Source of the DNA: Candidatus Uhrbacteria bacterium RIFOXYB12_FULL_58_10
Lineage (GTDB): Bacteria > Patescibacteriota > Patescibacteriia > UBA9934 > GWF2-40-263
Assembly (NCBI GenBank): GCA_943354165.1
Contig: CALRBH010000001.1
Location: 80,828-144,827 of the forward strand
DNA: 64,000 nt
Direction of reading: 5' to 3'
In this document: piece by piece, positions 44,817 through 53,835 of the stretch
How positions within the stretch are numbered: position 1 is the stretch's first letter
How the letters are laid out: each line of letters opens with the position of its first letter
Notes under the pieces: model-generated
What the model was told of the DNA's origin: nothing
The model's input: only the letters and a program-made list of their open reading frames with translations
Databases searched by the model: none
Translations under genes and position numbers: made by a program

Positions 44817-45182
44817 ATGGATGATGATTTGCGCAGGGATAAACGTTCATATAAAGATTTGACGGTTTGGCAGAAGTCCATGGATTTGGTTGTGCTTATC
44901 TACGAACTGACAAAAGATTTTCCTGCCGATCAGAAATTTAGTCTTGTGAATCAGATGCAGCGTGCGGCTGTCTCTGTGCCGTTGAATATCGCGGAAGGTT
45001 CACGTAGACGAAGTGAAGCAGATAATATTCGTTTTCTCCGCATCGCGTTTGGATCAGCGTCTGAACTCGAAACCCAGATCCTTATCTCTCAACGTCTCCG
45101 GTTCGGTCATTCTGAGAAATATTCAGGCATAAAAAGCTTGCTTATAGAGGTTCTCAAGATGCTAAACAAAATGTCAGAATGA
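44817..45182 (+). CDS. four helix bundle protein (23S rRNA IVS-protein / Avd-like family)
   Basis: SYKDLTVWQKSMDL..IY..TKDFP...FSLVNQMQRAAVSVPLNIAEG..R...FLRIAFGSASELETQI. Confidence 0.95.
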   Translation: MDDDLRRDKRSYKDLTVWQKSMDLVVLIYELTKDFPADQKFSLVNQMQRAAVSVPLNIAEGSRRRSEADNIRFLRIAFGSASELETQILISQRLRFGHSEKYSGIKSLLIEVLKMLNKMSE

Positions 45183-45187
45183 CCGTA

Positions 45188-45222
45188 ACCCTACTTTCTA
45201 CTTACTACTATCTTCTAACTAC
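45188..45222 (-). repeat. right (inverted) heptamer array
   Basis: ACCCTAC TTTCTAC TTACTAC TATCTTC TAACTAC. Confidence 0.9.
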
Positions 45223-45228
45223 ACCCAT

Positions 45229-45645
45229 ATGTCTGACTGTATTTTCTGTAAAATCATTGCGGGGGACATTCCTGCCATAAAGATTCATGAGGACGAGCAG
45301 TGCATTGCATTTCTCGATATCCATCCAGTGAACCCTGGGCACACGCTGATCGTTCCGAAGGAACACCATGCAAATTTTCTTGAGACGCCTAAGGAACTCG
45401 TGGCGGTGATCATGGCGCTCGGACAGAAGCTTTCGCCGGCCATCCTTAAAGCCGTCGGTTCCGATTCGTTTAATTTTTCTACGAACAACGGCCGCGCAGC
45501 AGGACAGTTGATTGCTCATACGCATTTTCACCTGATCCCGCGCTTTCCGGCAGACGGCCATAAGATGTGGCATGGGTCTGACGAGCATCAGGATTTTGCG
45601 GCGATGGCCACGAAGATTCGAGAGGCAGTAGGCAGTGGGGAGTAG
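45229..45645 (+). CDS. HIT family hydrolase
   Basis: CIFCKII, AFLDIHP..PGHTL..PK, GQ...HTHFHLIPR. Confidence 0.95.
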   Translation: MSDCIFCKIIAGDIPAIKIHEDEQCIAFLDIHPVNPGHTLIVPKEHHANFLETPKELVAVIMALGQKLSPAILKAVGSDSFNFSTNNGRAAGQLIAHTHFHLIPRFPADGHKMWHGSDEHQDFAAMATKIREAVGSGE

Positions 45646-45654
45646 GAAGTAGAT

Positions 45655-46593
45655 ATGAAAATACTTGTTACTGGCGGAGCGGGATTCATTGGATCCGCGT
45701 TCGTGCGCTACATCATCCGGGAACATGCGAACGACGAGGTGATCACCCTCGATGCGTTGACGTACGCGGGGAATCTCGAAAATCTTTTGGACGTGAAGGA
45801 CAATCCGCGTCACGTGTTCGTGAAAGGGGACATCTGCGACCGGAAACTCGTAAGCGATTTCGTGAAGAAATGTGACGCGGTGGTGCACTTCGCCGCGGAG
45901 ACGCATGTTGACCGATCGATTGTCGGAGCGAGCGAGTTTGTCCGGACGAACGTCGTCGGCACCCTTTCGATTCTTGATGCCGTGAAGGAACATGGAAAGC
46001 GACTGCATCATATTTCAACCGATGAGGTGTTCGGTGCCCTCGGACCCAAAGATCCGCCGTTCAACGAGAACACGCCGTACGCTCCGCGCAATCCGTACAG
46101 CGCTTCGAAGGCCGCGGCCGATCATCTTATTCGTTCGTACGTCATTACCCATGGCGTGAAGGCGACGATTTCGAACTGTTCGAATAATTACGGCCCCTAT
46201 CATTTTCCAGAGAAGATGATTCCGCTGTTCATTTCAAATCTGCTTTCCGGAAAGAAGGTGCCGGTGTATGGCAAGGGCGATCAGATGCGTGACTGGATTT
46301 ACGTGGAAGATCACGTTCGCGGCGTGGACCTTGCGCTGCGCAACGGCAAGATCGGCGAAACGTATCTCTTCGGCGGTGACGGAGAAATTACGAACCTCGA
46401 GCTCACGAAGAAGCTTCTCACATTGTGTGGACGCGATGAGGATGCGATTGAATTCGTCGCGGACCGTCCTGGCCACGATCGACGCTATGCGGTCGATTAT
46501 TCGAAGGCGAAACGAGAACTCGGTTGGGAACCGAAGATCAGCTTGGATGAAGGATTGAAGCGGACCGTGAAGTGGTTTAAGGCGAAGCTATGA
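45655..46593 (+). CDS. rfbB: dTDP-glucose 4,6-dehydratase
   Basis: TGGAGFIGS, DALTYAGN, HFAAETHVDRSI, ISTDEV, PYSASKA, DRPGHD.RY. Confidence 0.97.
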   Translation: MKILVTGGAGFIGSAFVRYIIREHANDEVITLDALTYAGNLENLLDVKDNPRHVFVKGDICDRKLVSDFVKKCDAVVHFAAETHVDRSIVGASEFVRTNVVGTLSILDAVKEHGKRLHHISTDEVFGALGPKDPPFNENTPYAPRNPYSASKAAADHLIRSYVITHGVKATISNCSNNYGPYHFPEKMIPLFISNLLSGKKVPVYGKGDQMRDWIYVEDHVRGVDLALRNGKIGETYLFGGDGEITNLELTKKLLTLCGRDEDAIEFVADRPGHDRRYAVDYSKAKRELGWEPKISLDEGLKRTVKWFKAKL

Positions 46594-47423
46594 AGATCCT
46601 GATTTTCGGAAAGGGATTTGTGGGCAATCGCTGCGCGTCCGCCTGGCCGGATGCGGTGCTTTCGGACGTACGCGTCTCGAATAAAGAGGAAGCGCTCGCG
46701 GAAATCAAGCGCGTACAGCCTGATGCGGTGTTGAATGCCGCTGGTGTGAAAGGGAAACCGAACGTGGACTGGTGCGATACGCATCAGATGGAAACCATTC
46801 TCGGCAACACGCTCGAACCGATCGTTCTCGCGCAGGCGTGTCAGGAAGTGGGCGTCTATCTTCTGCACATCGGATCCGGTTGCATCTTTTACGGTGACTC
46901 TCCGCATCCGGACAAGACGTGGCGTGAAGACGATTTCGGGAATCCGCGCCCTACATATAGTCGCGCTAAGTGGGCGGCGGATCTTGTGCTGTCGACATTG
47001 CCGAATGTGGCCATCGCGCGCATTCGCATGCCCATCGATCATGTTCGGAATTCCGGAAACCTTTTGCAAAAGCTCGCGGCGTACCCGAAGGTCATCGACG
47101 TCGAAAATTCGATTACGGTTGTAGATGACATGGTGTCCGTTTTCCGTCAGCTCATGGAAAAGAAGGCGCCGGGGATTTTTCATGTCACGAATCCAGGCAC
47201 AGCTCGCCACCGCGAGATTCTTGGATTGTATAAAGACCTTGTTGACCCGAATCATTCCTGTGAATGGATTTCTGAAGAGGATCTCGTGGTCCAGGGTCTG
47301 GCAACAAAGAAGCGTTCAAATAATTTTCTCGCTTCAACGCGCCTTGCCGAGGTTGGCATCGCGATGCGACCCGTGAAAGAGGCGTTGCGGGATACGGTTG
47401 AAAAATACGCGCGGGCCAAGTAA
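46590..47423 (+). CDS. NDP-4-keto-6-deoxyglucose 3,5-epimerase/4-reductase-like (NRS/ER, RmlD fold)
   Basis: NAAGVKGKPNVDWCDTH, IGSGCIF, YSRAK, RIRMPI. Confidence 0.8.
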   Translation: MKILIFGKGFVGNRCASAWPDAVLSDVRVSNKEEALAEIKRVQPDAVLNAAGVKGKPNVDWCDTHQMETILGNTLEPIVLAQACQEVGVYLLHIGSGCIFYGDSPHPDKTWREDDFGNPRPTYSRAKWAADLVLSTLPNVAIARIRMPIDHVRNSGNLLQKLAAYPKVIDVENSITVVDDMVSVFRQLMEKKAPGIFHVTNPGTARHREILGLYKDLVDPNHSCEWISEEDLVVQGLATKKRSNNFLASTRLAEVGIAMRPVKEALRDTVEKYARAK

Positions 47424-47435
47424 GGTTTGCCCGTT

Positions 47436-48521
47436 ATGAAAGCCCTGATTGCGGCGGGAGGCCGGGCCACGCGCCTGCGTCCCATCACCTGGACCATCAA
47501 CAAGCACCTGATCCCGATGACCAACCGGCCCATGTTGGCGCACGCGATCGACAAGATCGTGGAGGCGGGGATCACGGACATCATCGTGAGCGTGAATCCC
47601 GGCGAGACGGATTCCATGAGAGCGGCGCTCGGCGACGGGTCCGCATGGGGAGCCCGACTTACGTATCTCGAGCAGCGGGGCGGAGCGCTCGGTGTCGCGC
47701 ACGTGGTCGCAAACGCGGAGGATCTTCTGCGAGGAGAGAAGTTTTTGTTTTATCTCGGCGACAACATTATTCTCGGCAGCCTCAAGAAGTTCGTCGACCG
47801 TTTTCTCGACGAAGAGCTCGACTGCATGCTCGCGTTCTCTCGCGTGAAAGATCCGCAGCGATTTGGTGTTCCAGAATTTGCTGAAGACGGAAAAACGTTG
47901 CTTCGCGTGATTGAAAAGCCGGCGCATCCGCCTTCGGACTTTGCCGTTACCGGCATTTATCTTTACAACGACCGCTACTTTGACGGGTTCTTTTCCATCA
48001 AGCCGTCCTCACGAGGAGAATACGAAATTTCCGATGTGAACTCCTGGTTCGTGGAGAACGGAAAGGTGGGTTATGAGGAAATTACCGGATGGTGGAAGGA
48101 TACCGGCACGCCGGACGCGCTTCTCGAAGGGAACGCGCTCATGATGGACGACATGCCGCGCGAGCAGTTCCGTGTGGACGTGGACGTTCCGGATTCCGCC
48201 CAGGTTCAAGGACTCGTGAAGATCGGCAAGGGAACCGTTATTGGCGAGAAGGTGCTTATTCGCGGGCCGGTCGTCATTGGCGAGCATTGTCAGATCGACA
48301 ACGCCTACATTGGTCCTCATACTTCCATTGGTGATGGCGCCTCCGTAAAAAATGCGGAAGTGGAACACTCGATCATTTTTCCAGGCGCCTCGATTGATAC
48401 CAAACGTCGCATCGTAAGCAGCCTTATCGGAAAAAACGCTATCGTACACGATGCCGTTCAGACCCTTCCGCGTTCAGGATCCAGACTGGTGATTGGGGAC
48501 AGTAGTTCCGTTGAGCTGTAA
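47436..48521 (+). CDS. rfbA: glucose-1-phosphate thymidylyltransferase, long form
   Basis: AAGGRATRLRPIT..NKHLIP, YLGDN, PSSRGEYEISD, WWKDTG; C-terminal hexapeptide domain. Confidence 0.92.
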   Translation: MKALIAAGGRATRLRPITWTINKHLIPMTNRPMLAHAIDKIVEAGITDIIVSVNPGETDSMRAALGDGSAWGARLTYLEQRGGALGVAHVVANAEDLLRGEKFLFYLGDNIILGSLKKFVDRFLDEELDCMLAFSRVKDPQRFGVPEFAEDGKTLLRVIEKPAHPPSDFAVTGIYLYNDRYFDGFFSIKPSSRGEYEISDVNSWFVENGKVGYEEITGWWKDTGTPDALLEGNALMMDDMPREQFRVDVDVPDSAQVQGLVKIGKGTVIGEKVLIRGPVVIGEHCQIDNAYIGPHTSIGDGASVKNAEVEHSIIFPGASIDTKRRIVSSLIGKNAIVHDAVQTLPRSGSRLVIGDSSSVEL

Positions 48522-49826
48522 TTATTGCAGGGCGCGCCGATAGACTCCCTGATCCCCATTTGTGCGGAAGAACCAGAGTTCACGGGCACGACGGTCAAAA
48601 CCGAGGGCGGTGGCCGATCCCTCGAATAATTTGAATGTCGCTCTTCCTTCCTGTGAGACGGTTTCAATGGCGGTCACAGCATGGTCATCTGCGTAAATGA
48701 TAGCGGCCCCTGAAGGGAGCCAGAGAATTTCGCGGAGCTCGCTTGAAACCCTCGTGAGGGTTTCAGAACTATTTTTCTCAAGCGAATAGACGTTCAGCTC
48801 ATGTCCATCTCCGTTGGTGGCGAGGAACTTGGCGTCCGGCGACCAGCTTGTGAGGGAGGTTTGGGAAGAAAAAAGAATGGGGCGATCGGATCCGCGCGCA
48901 TCCAGGAGAATGACGCGTCTCGTGCCGGTCTCCTTCAGCAGGGCATAGCCGGACGGAGCCCACTCAAACGACCAGGTGCCGCGTGGGATCACGGCAAGTG
49001 GAGTGATGGTGGTTCCTTCGAGCCTTGATACAGCTTCTCCGGACGGGGAGGATTCCAAAATAAGAAAGCCGGATCCGGATCCCATGGCAGCTTTTACGCC
49101 GACGGGGAACGTTCGGCGCGTTTCCGATTCAAGATCCACGAGAACGAGCGTCTTTGGCTCATGGACGAATATGCGGGATTCTGAAGTCGGATCAAATTCC
49201 GCCGCAAGACTGGTGTGGAAAGAGGCGGTAAGTCCCGTGTCGATCCGCACGAATGTTGTTTCCGTTTTTGTATGGATGCGCAATAGGTGTCCTTCTGGAT
49301 GAAAGGAAAGCGCAAGATCACTGGCGCTCAACGCCGGAATGCGCGACAGGAGCGTTTTGTTTTCACCAAATTCATTGAGCGTCCAGAGCTCGACCCATCC
49401 GGCCTCCGTGCGCGCTACGATGAATGTTCCGATCGTTGCGGCTCCTGCATGGATGAATCCTGATTCGATTTTGGTGGCGGGAGCGGTAAGGAACAGAGGA
49501 ATACCTTCAAGAAAAACGGTTTGTCGCGCCACGACAGAAAGCGTTCTCTCCCAGGGGAAATAGCCGGATTTTTTCAGGAGCACCTCATGCGCTCCGGCGG
49601 GAATCGCATCAATCACAGACGGAGTGCGGGAGCCGATGAGCCTTCCGTCAATGGAAATCTCCGCGGAACGGGGGAGGGTAGATACGGAGATAAGGCCGGT
49701 CTGGACGATCCGCGCTGTTTTCCAATTTATGCGGAAACCAGCGGTATAGAGGACGACTGCGGGTGCCACCATGAAAAAACCCAACACAAAGAGGGTATAC
49801 AGCACGCGCCGGGTCCAACGATTCAT
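48522..49826 (-). CDS. PEGA-domain membrane-anchored protein
   Basis: N-terminal TM; TG.ISV.TLP..A.I.IDG...TP...GAHEV.L.K.GY.PW; propeller-like C-terminus. Confidence 0.85.
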   Translation of the reverse strand: MNRWTRRVLYTLFVLGFFMVAPAVVLYTAGFRINWKTARIVQTGLISVSTLPRSAEISIDGRLIGSRTPSVIDAIPAGAHEVLLKKSGYFPWERTLSVVARQTVFLEGIPLFLTAPATKIESGFIHAGAATIGTFIVARTEAGWVELWTLNEFGENKTLLSRIPALSASDLALSFHPEGHLLRIHTKTETTFVRIDTGLTASFHTSLAAEFDPTSESRIFVHEPKTLVLVDLESETRRTFPVGVKAAMGSGSGFLILESSPSGEAVSRLEGTTITPLAVIPRGTWSFEWAPSGYALLKETGTRRVILLDARGSDRPILFSSQTSLTSWSPDAKFLATNGDGHELNVYSLEKNSSETLTRVSSELREILWLPSGAAIIYADDHAVTAIETVSQEGRATFKLFEGSATALGFDRRARELWFFRTNGDQGVYRRALQ

Positions 49827-49865
49827 AATGGCTCCAGCATACGGAAAATATGCCATTCTGCAAAT

Positions 49866-49932
49866 CCTCCTTCGCTCTGCGGAGCTTCGGAGGACAGGCC
49901 GGCCTGCCAGCCGAAGCCTTAGCGAAGGCTGG
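49866..49932. repeat. pair of inverted REP-like palindromes
   Basis: CCTCC-TTCGCTCTGCGGAGCTTC-GGAGG-ACAGG, and on the minus strand CCAGCC-TTCGCTAAGGCTTC-GGCTGG-CAGG. Confidence 0.8.
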
Positions 49933-49970
49933 TTGTCCGTTTCGTACAATCCCGATATGATGCCATGCAT

Positions 49971-51212
49971 ATGTTGTCACCTCTTGAAAAGCATGCGCGT
50001 AGCTCTTCGCGTTCGCTTGTCACGCTCAGTCTTCTTCTTGCGGTCGCCTTTTCTTTTTCTGTCGGCGTGCTGCTTGGGCATGAACAGGGGGCGCGTGCGT
50101 CCGTGCCGGACGGAGAAGGCCGTGTGATTCATATTGGGGATGCGGCGCCTTCGCTTGGGGAAGACGTCGATTTCCGCCAGTTCTGGAACATCTGGAATCT
50201 GGTGAAGGAGTCCTACGTGCACCAGCCCGTTTCGGACAAGGAATTGTTTTACGGCGCGCTGAAGGGCATGGTGGCAGGAACCGGTGATCCGTACACTGTG
50301 TATTTTGACCCTGAGGAGGCGGGGGATTTCGCGGCGAACCTCGACGGCAAGTTCGAAGGTATCGGCGCGGAGATTGGCATCAAGGAAAACCAGCTTCAGA
50401 TCGTGGCCCCCCTTCCGAAGACTCCGTCGGAAAAGGCCGGTATCAGGAGTGGAGACCGCATTTACAAGATCGATGAGTCCGAGACCACTGGCATGTCCGT
50501 GGAAAAGGCAGTCACGCTTATCCGCGGGGAAAAAGGGACGCCTGTCACGCTTACCATCGGCCGAGAAGGAGTTGACGAGCTTCTTGTCATCAAGATCATA
50601 CGAGACACCATCAAGATCGACAGCGTGAAGTATGAGAAGGACGGGACTATCGCGATCATCTCCGTGTATACGTTCAATGACGACACGAACTCGCTGTTCG
50701 TCGATGCGGTGAACAAGGCACTGGCAGATGGTGCGACCGGCGTCATCCTCGATCTCCGCGGGGATCCGGGTGGCCTGCTTTCCTCCGCCATCAACCTCGC
50801 CTCCGTCTGGGTCGGCTACGATCCTGTACTCATTGAACGCACGCAAGACAAGTCGCAGACGTTCCGGGGCATCTCCGCCCCAAGGCTGAACACCGTTCCT
50901 ACCGTCGTGCTCGTAAACGGTGGGAGCGCATCCGCCTCCGAAATTCTCGCCGGAGCCCTGCAGGATTACGGTCTTGCCACCCTCGTAGGGGAACAGACGT
51001 TCGGGAAGGGGTCCGTACAGGACTATCAGCAGCTGCCAGACGGTTCCGCGGTAAAGATTACCGTGGCCGAGTGGTTCACCCCTAAGGGCCGCGGGATCAA
51101 TAAGACCGGGATCACCCCGGATGTCGTCGTTCCGTTCACTCAAGAAGACTTCCATGCCAAACGCGATCCACAAAAGGCCAAGGCCCTCGAGATCCTCCGG
51201 ACGAAGCGATAA
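49971..51212 (+). CDS. ctpA: S41 C-terminal processing peptidase
   Basis: DPYTVY, GIGAEI, PDZ domain, LDLRGDPGG, NGGSASASEI, TFGKGSVQ. Confidence 0.93.
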   Translation: MLSPLEKHARSSSRSLVTLSLLLAVAFSFSVGVLLGHEQGARASVPDGEGRVIHIGDAAPSLGEDVDFRQFWNIWNLVKESYVHQPVSDKELFYGALKGMVAGTGDPYTVYFDPEEAGDFAANLDGKFEGIGAEIGIKENQLQIVAPLPKTPSEKAGIRSGDRIYKIDESETTGMSVEKAVTLIRGEKGTPVTLTIGREGVDELLVIKIIRDTIKIDSVKYEKDGTIAIISVYTFNDDTNSLFVDAVNKALADGATGVILDLRGDPGGLLSSAINLASVWVGYDPVLIERTQDKSQTFRGISAPRLNTVPTVVLVNGGSASASEILAGALQDYGLATLVGEQTFGKGSVQDYQQLPDGSAVKITVAEWFTPKGRGINKTGITPDVVVPFTQEDFHAKRDPQKAKALEILRTKR

Positions 51213-51699
51213 GCGTCTGCCTAAGGGGAGCGAGCGTGTAGACCGCGAGGTGTCCTCGGGCGGGTTGGTATTCAGGCGTTCGCCAAAGGGTGTGCAGTTT
51301 GCGCTCATGCTGGATTCTTACGGGAAGTGGGCGTTCCCAAAGGGGCACGTGGAACCCGGAGAATCGCGCGAGGAAGCCGCGGCGCGTGAGACGCTGGAGG
51401 AGCTTGGGCTGGAGCAGGTCCGGCTGCTTGAGTACCTCGGGAAAATCGACATCTGGTTCCGTGACCGTTTTGAGAAGAAAGGAACCCTCATTCATAAGGA
51501 CATCCATTACTTCCTCTTCGAGACCACGCCGGAGGCGGAGTTGAAGCCTGATCCGGGGGAGCATGTGTACGATGCCCGATGGGTTCCGGCCGGCAAGATC
51601 ACCAAGACCTCCAACTATCCGGACATGCTTCCCATTATCCGCCGAGCCCTTGGGTTTGTTCGGCAAGAGACCGATGCGGCCGCCCAGGACAACGTATGA
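51154..51699 (+). CDS. NUDIX hydrolase
   Basis: PKGHVEPGESREEAAARETLEELG Nudix box; start uncertain, overlaps the ctpA end. Confidence 0.9.
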   Translation: MPNAIHKRPRPSRSSGRSDKRLPKGSERVDREVSSGGLVFRRSPKGVQFALMLDSYGKWAFPKGHVEPGESREEAAARETLEELGLEQVRLLEYLGKIDIWFRDRFEKKGTLIHKDIHYFLFETTPEAELKPDPGEHVYDARWVPAGKITKTSNYPDMLPIIRRALGFVRQETDAAAQDNV

Positions 51700-52460
51700 A
51701 ACGTTTTATCGCCTTTGCCCGCATCTTCACCGGGGACATTAGGGGGTTCCGTGAGGGATTCGCGTATCTGTTTCGCGGGGCGCATCGCCTGTTTAGGGAT
51801 CGCACGCTGTATCCGTATCTCGTCGCTCCCGTCCTGTTAAACATTTTGCTGTTTCTTGCGTTTCTGTGGGTGGCGGCTCAGGTGTTTGTCGCTGTGTTCG
51901 GTCGCGGGGTTCCGGAGAGCTGGTGGGGGATCGCTCTGTTTGTCGGCGTCATCATCGCGAGTCTCATTACACTGCTTTTCGTTGGTTCGGCGCTGTTTGT
52001 CTTTCTCGGGTCCATCATCTGCGCGCCGTTTTATGAAGCTATCGCCGTCCGGATCGCGCGCGAGCAGGGCAGGATCGTGGTTGACCGGCCTTGGTGGAGT
52101 CAGATGGGATCCATCATGGCGCGCTCTGCCAAGAAGTGGTGGTGGTACCTGCTGATCCAGCTCGGGCTTTTGGTGCTGTTTTTCATGCCGATCGCGGTCG
52201 GGCCGGTGGCGTACTCCGTGTGCGGGTTTCTCGTCACGACGTTTTTCCTTGCGTGGGAATATCTCGACATGTCATTTGACTTTCGCGGGCTTTCGTTCGA
52301 ACAGCGGTGGAAATGGTGCCTCCTGCACCGGGGAATCCTGTTCGGATTCGGTACAGCGATATTCCTGGGATTCGCGATCCCCATCTTAAACCTTTTCATT
52401 CCGGCCTGCGCAGTCGTCGGATCTATTTTGCTCTTCGAACACAAGGACAATCCTCGATAA
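51696..52460 (+). CDS. EI24/CysZ-like membrane protein
   Basis: IICAPFYEAI, LAWEYLD, FGFG..IPILNLFIP. Confidence 0.85.
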   Translation: MKRFIAFARIFTGDIRGFREGFAYLFRGAHRLFRDRTLYPYLVAPVLLNILLFLAFLWVAAQVFVAVFGRGVPESWWGIALFVGVIIASLITLLFVGSALFVFLGSIICAPFYEAIAVRIAREQGRIVVDRPWWSQMGSIMARSAKKWWWYLLIQLGLLVLFFMPIAVGPVAYSVCGFLVTTFFLAWEYLDMSFDFRGLSFEQRWKWCLLHRGILFGFGTAIFLGFAIPILNLFIPACAVVGSILLFEHKDNPR

Positions 52461-53387
52461 ATGCAGTATACTGCCCTGGATATGCTAGTCTCGGGGGAGC
52501 AACAGACCGTGTGGATACTTGTCGCGATTGTTTGTGTTCTCCTGCTGTGTATTGCGCAGCTCCTTATACACTTGCGTCGCGTCGTGAGGAGGCATCGCCG
52601 ATACCTAAGACCCATGGAAGAAGCTATGTGGGACCAGACGTTGCTGGTGAAGGGACTGACCAAGCGGATCGACGCCATTAAAGAAACGGAAGACACGGTC
52701 GTGTACCGCCTGTGTACAGGACTCAAGTCGCCGCTTAAGCGCTTGCAGTGGAACATCGATAACCTCTTTCTCTCCACACGCATGGCACTGCCGCCCGCGG
52801 ATGTCCGCGCACTCCGTGAAATCCAGGAGGCCGGTCATTCCATCACGCACTCCGTCACAAAACTAGTCACGCTCCTCGACATTCAGGAAGGGCGGGGGAA
52901 AATCCGGCTCGAGACCGTCGATCCCGCGGCCCTCGTGCGGGCGGTCTATGCCGCGAGTCGTCAGACGATGGACCACCTAGGACTCGCGTTCGATCTTTCG
53001 CTTCCAAAGCGTGCCATTAAGGACGTTCCGATGGACCGGGGGAGAATTCGCGAATGCCTCGAGTTTTTTCTTGAAAACGCCCGGTCGTACACCCCGCAGG
53101 GCGGGAATGTAACCATCGCGCTTGCCGAGACGAAAACAGGGATCCGCATCTCCGTTACTGATACAGGTATGGGGATTCCCATGAACGAGCAGAATAAGGT
53201 CTGGGAGAAGTTTTTCCGTTCCCCGTCTGCGGCGGAGCAGAAGCCGGACGGAACCGGAGCCGGCCTCGCCATCGTCAAATATTACGTGAAAGCGCACGGG
53301 GGCCACGTCGGGTTTACCAGCCGGCACGGGAAGGGGAGTATGTTTTGGATGGAACTCCCCTCAGTCCCTTTCATGGCGAACCCTTGA
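52461..53387 (+). CDS. histidine-kinase-like ATPase lacking the H-box His
   Basis: N box LENARSY, G1 DTGMGI, G2 GTGAGLAI; H-box reads CTGLKSPL. Confidence 0.85.
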   Translation: MQYTALDMLVSGEQQTVWILVAIVCVLLLCIAQLLIHLRRVVRRHRRYLRPMEEAMWDQTLLVKGLTKRIDAIKETEDTVVYRLCTGLKSPLKRLQWNIDNLFLSTRMALPPADVRALREIQEAGHSITHSVTKLVTLLDIQEGRGKIRLETVDPAALVRAVYAASRQTMDHLGLAFDLSLPKRAIKDVPMDRGRIRECLEFFLENARSYTPQGGNVTIALAETKTGIRISVTDTGMGIPMNEQNKVWEKFFRSPSAAEQKPDGTGAGLAIVKYYVKAHGGHVGFTSRHGKGSMFWMELPSVPFMANP

Positions 53388-53460
53388 CGCCGCGAGGGTG
53401 ACGTATCGGAAAACGCATGTTACCATGGCTTTTGTACGAAATTAACTTATCCACACCCGT

Positions 53461-53742
53461 ATGGCAAAGATGACCAAGAGTCAGACGATGGCCGCTCTCG
53501 CGGACGCAACCGGCATGTCTAAGAAGGACGTCGGCATGTTCCTCGACAAGATGGCTGAGCTCGCTTACAAAGAGGTTAAGGTCAGCGGTGAGTTCGTCGT
53601 TCCAGGTCTCGGTAAGCTCGTGAAGGTTCACCGCGCAGAGCGCATGGGCCGCAACCCAGCGACCGGCGAGTCTATCAAGATCAAGGCAAAGACCGTCGTA
53701 AAGTTCCGCGTGGCCAAGGCGGCAAAGGACGCCGTTCTCTAA
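53461..53742 (+). CDS. hup: DNA-binding protein HU
   Basis: MTKSQ, PGLGK, R..RMGRNPATGESIKI.AK..VKFR. Confidence 0.96.
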   Translation: MAKMTKSQTMAALADATGMSKKDVGMFLDKMAELAYKEVKVSGEFVVPGLGKLVKVHRAERMGRNPATGESIKIKAKTVVKFRVAKAAKDAVL

Positions 53743-53753
53743 GCATTGATGAT

Positions 53754-53785
53754 AAAACGCCCTCCCTTTACGGGAGGGTGTTTTT
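53754..53785 (+). terminator. terminator after HU
   Basis: AAAACGCCCTCCC-TTTAC-GGGAGGGTGTTTT. Confidence 0.8.
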
Positions 53786-53835
53786 GTTCTACGCGCCACT
53801 CTTTTCTTTTTCTCCAGCTATGGGAAGCTGCCTGC

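Noticed and set aside
44817-45182. Diversity-generating retroelement, given the Avd-like protein
   Set aside because: No reverse transcriptase and no template/variable repeat pair differing at adenines was seen.
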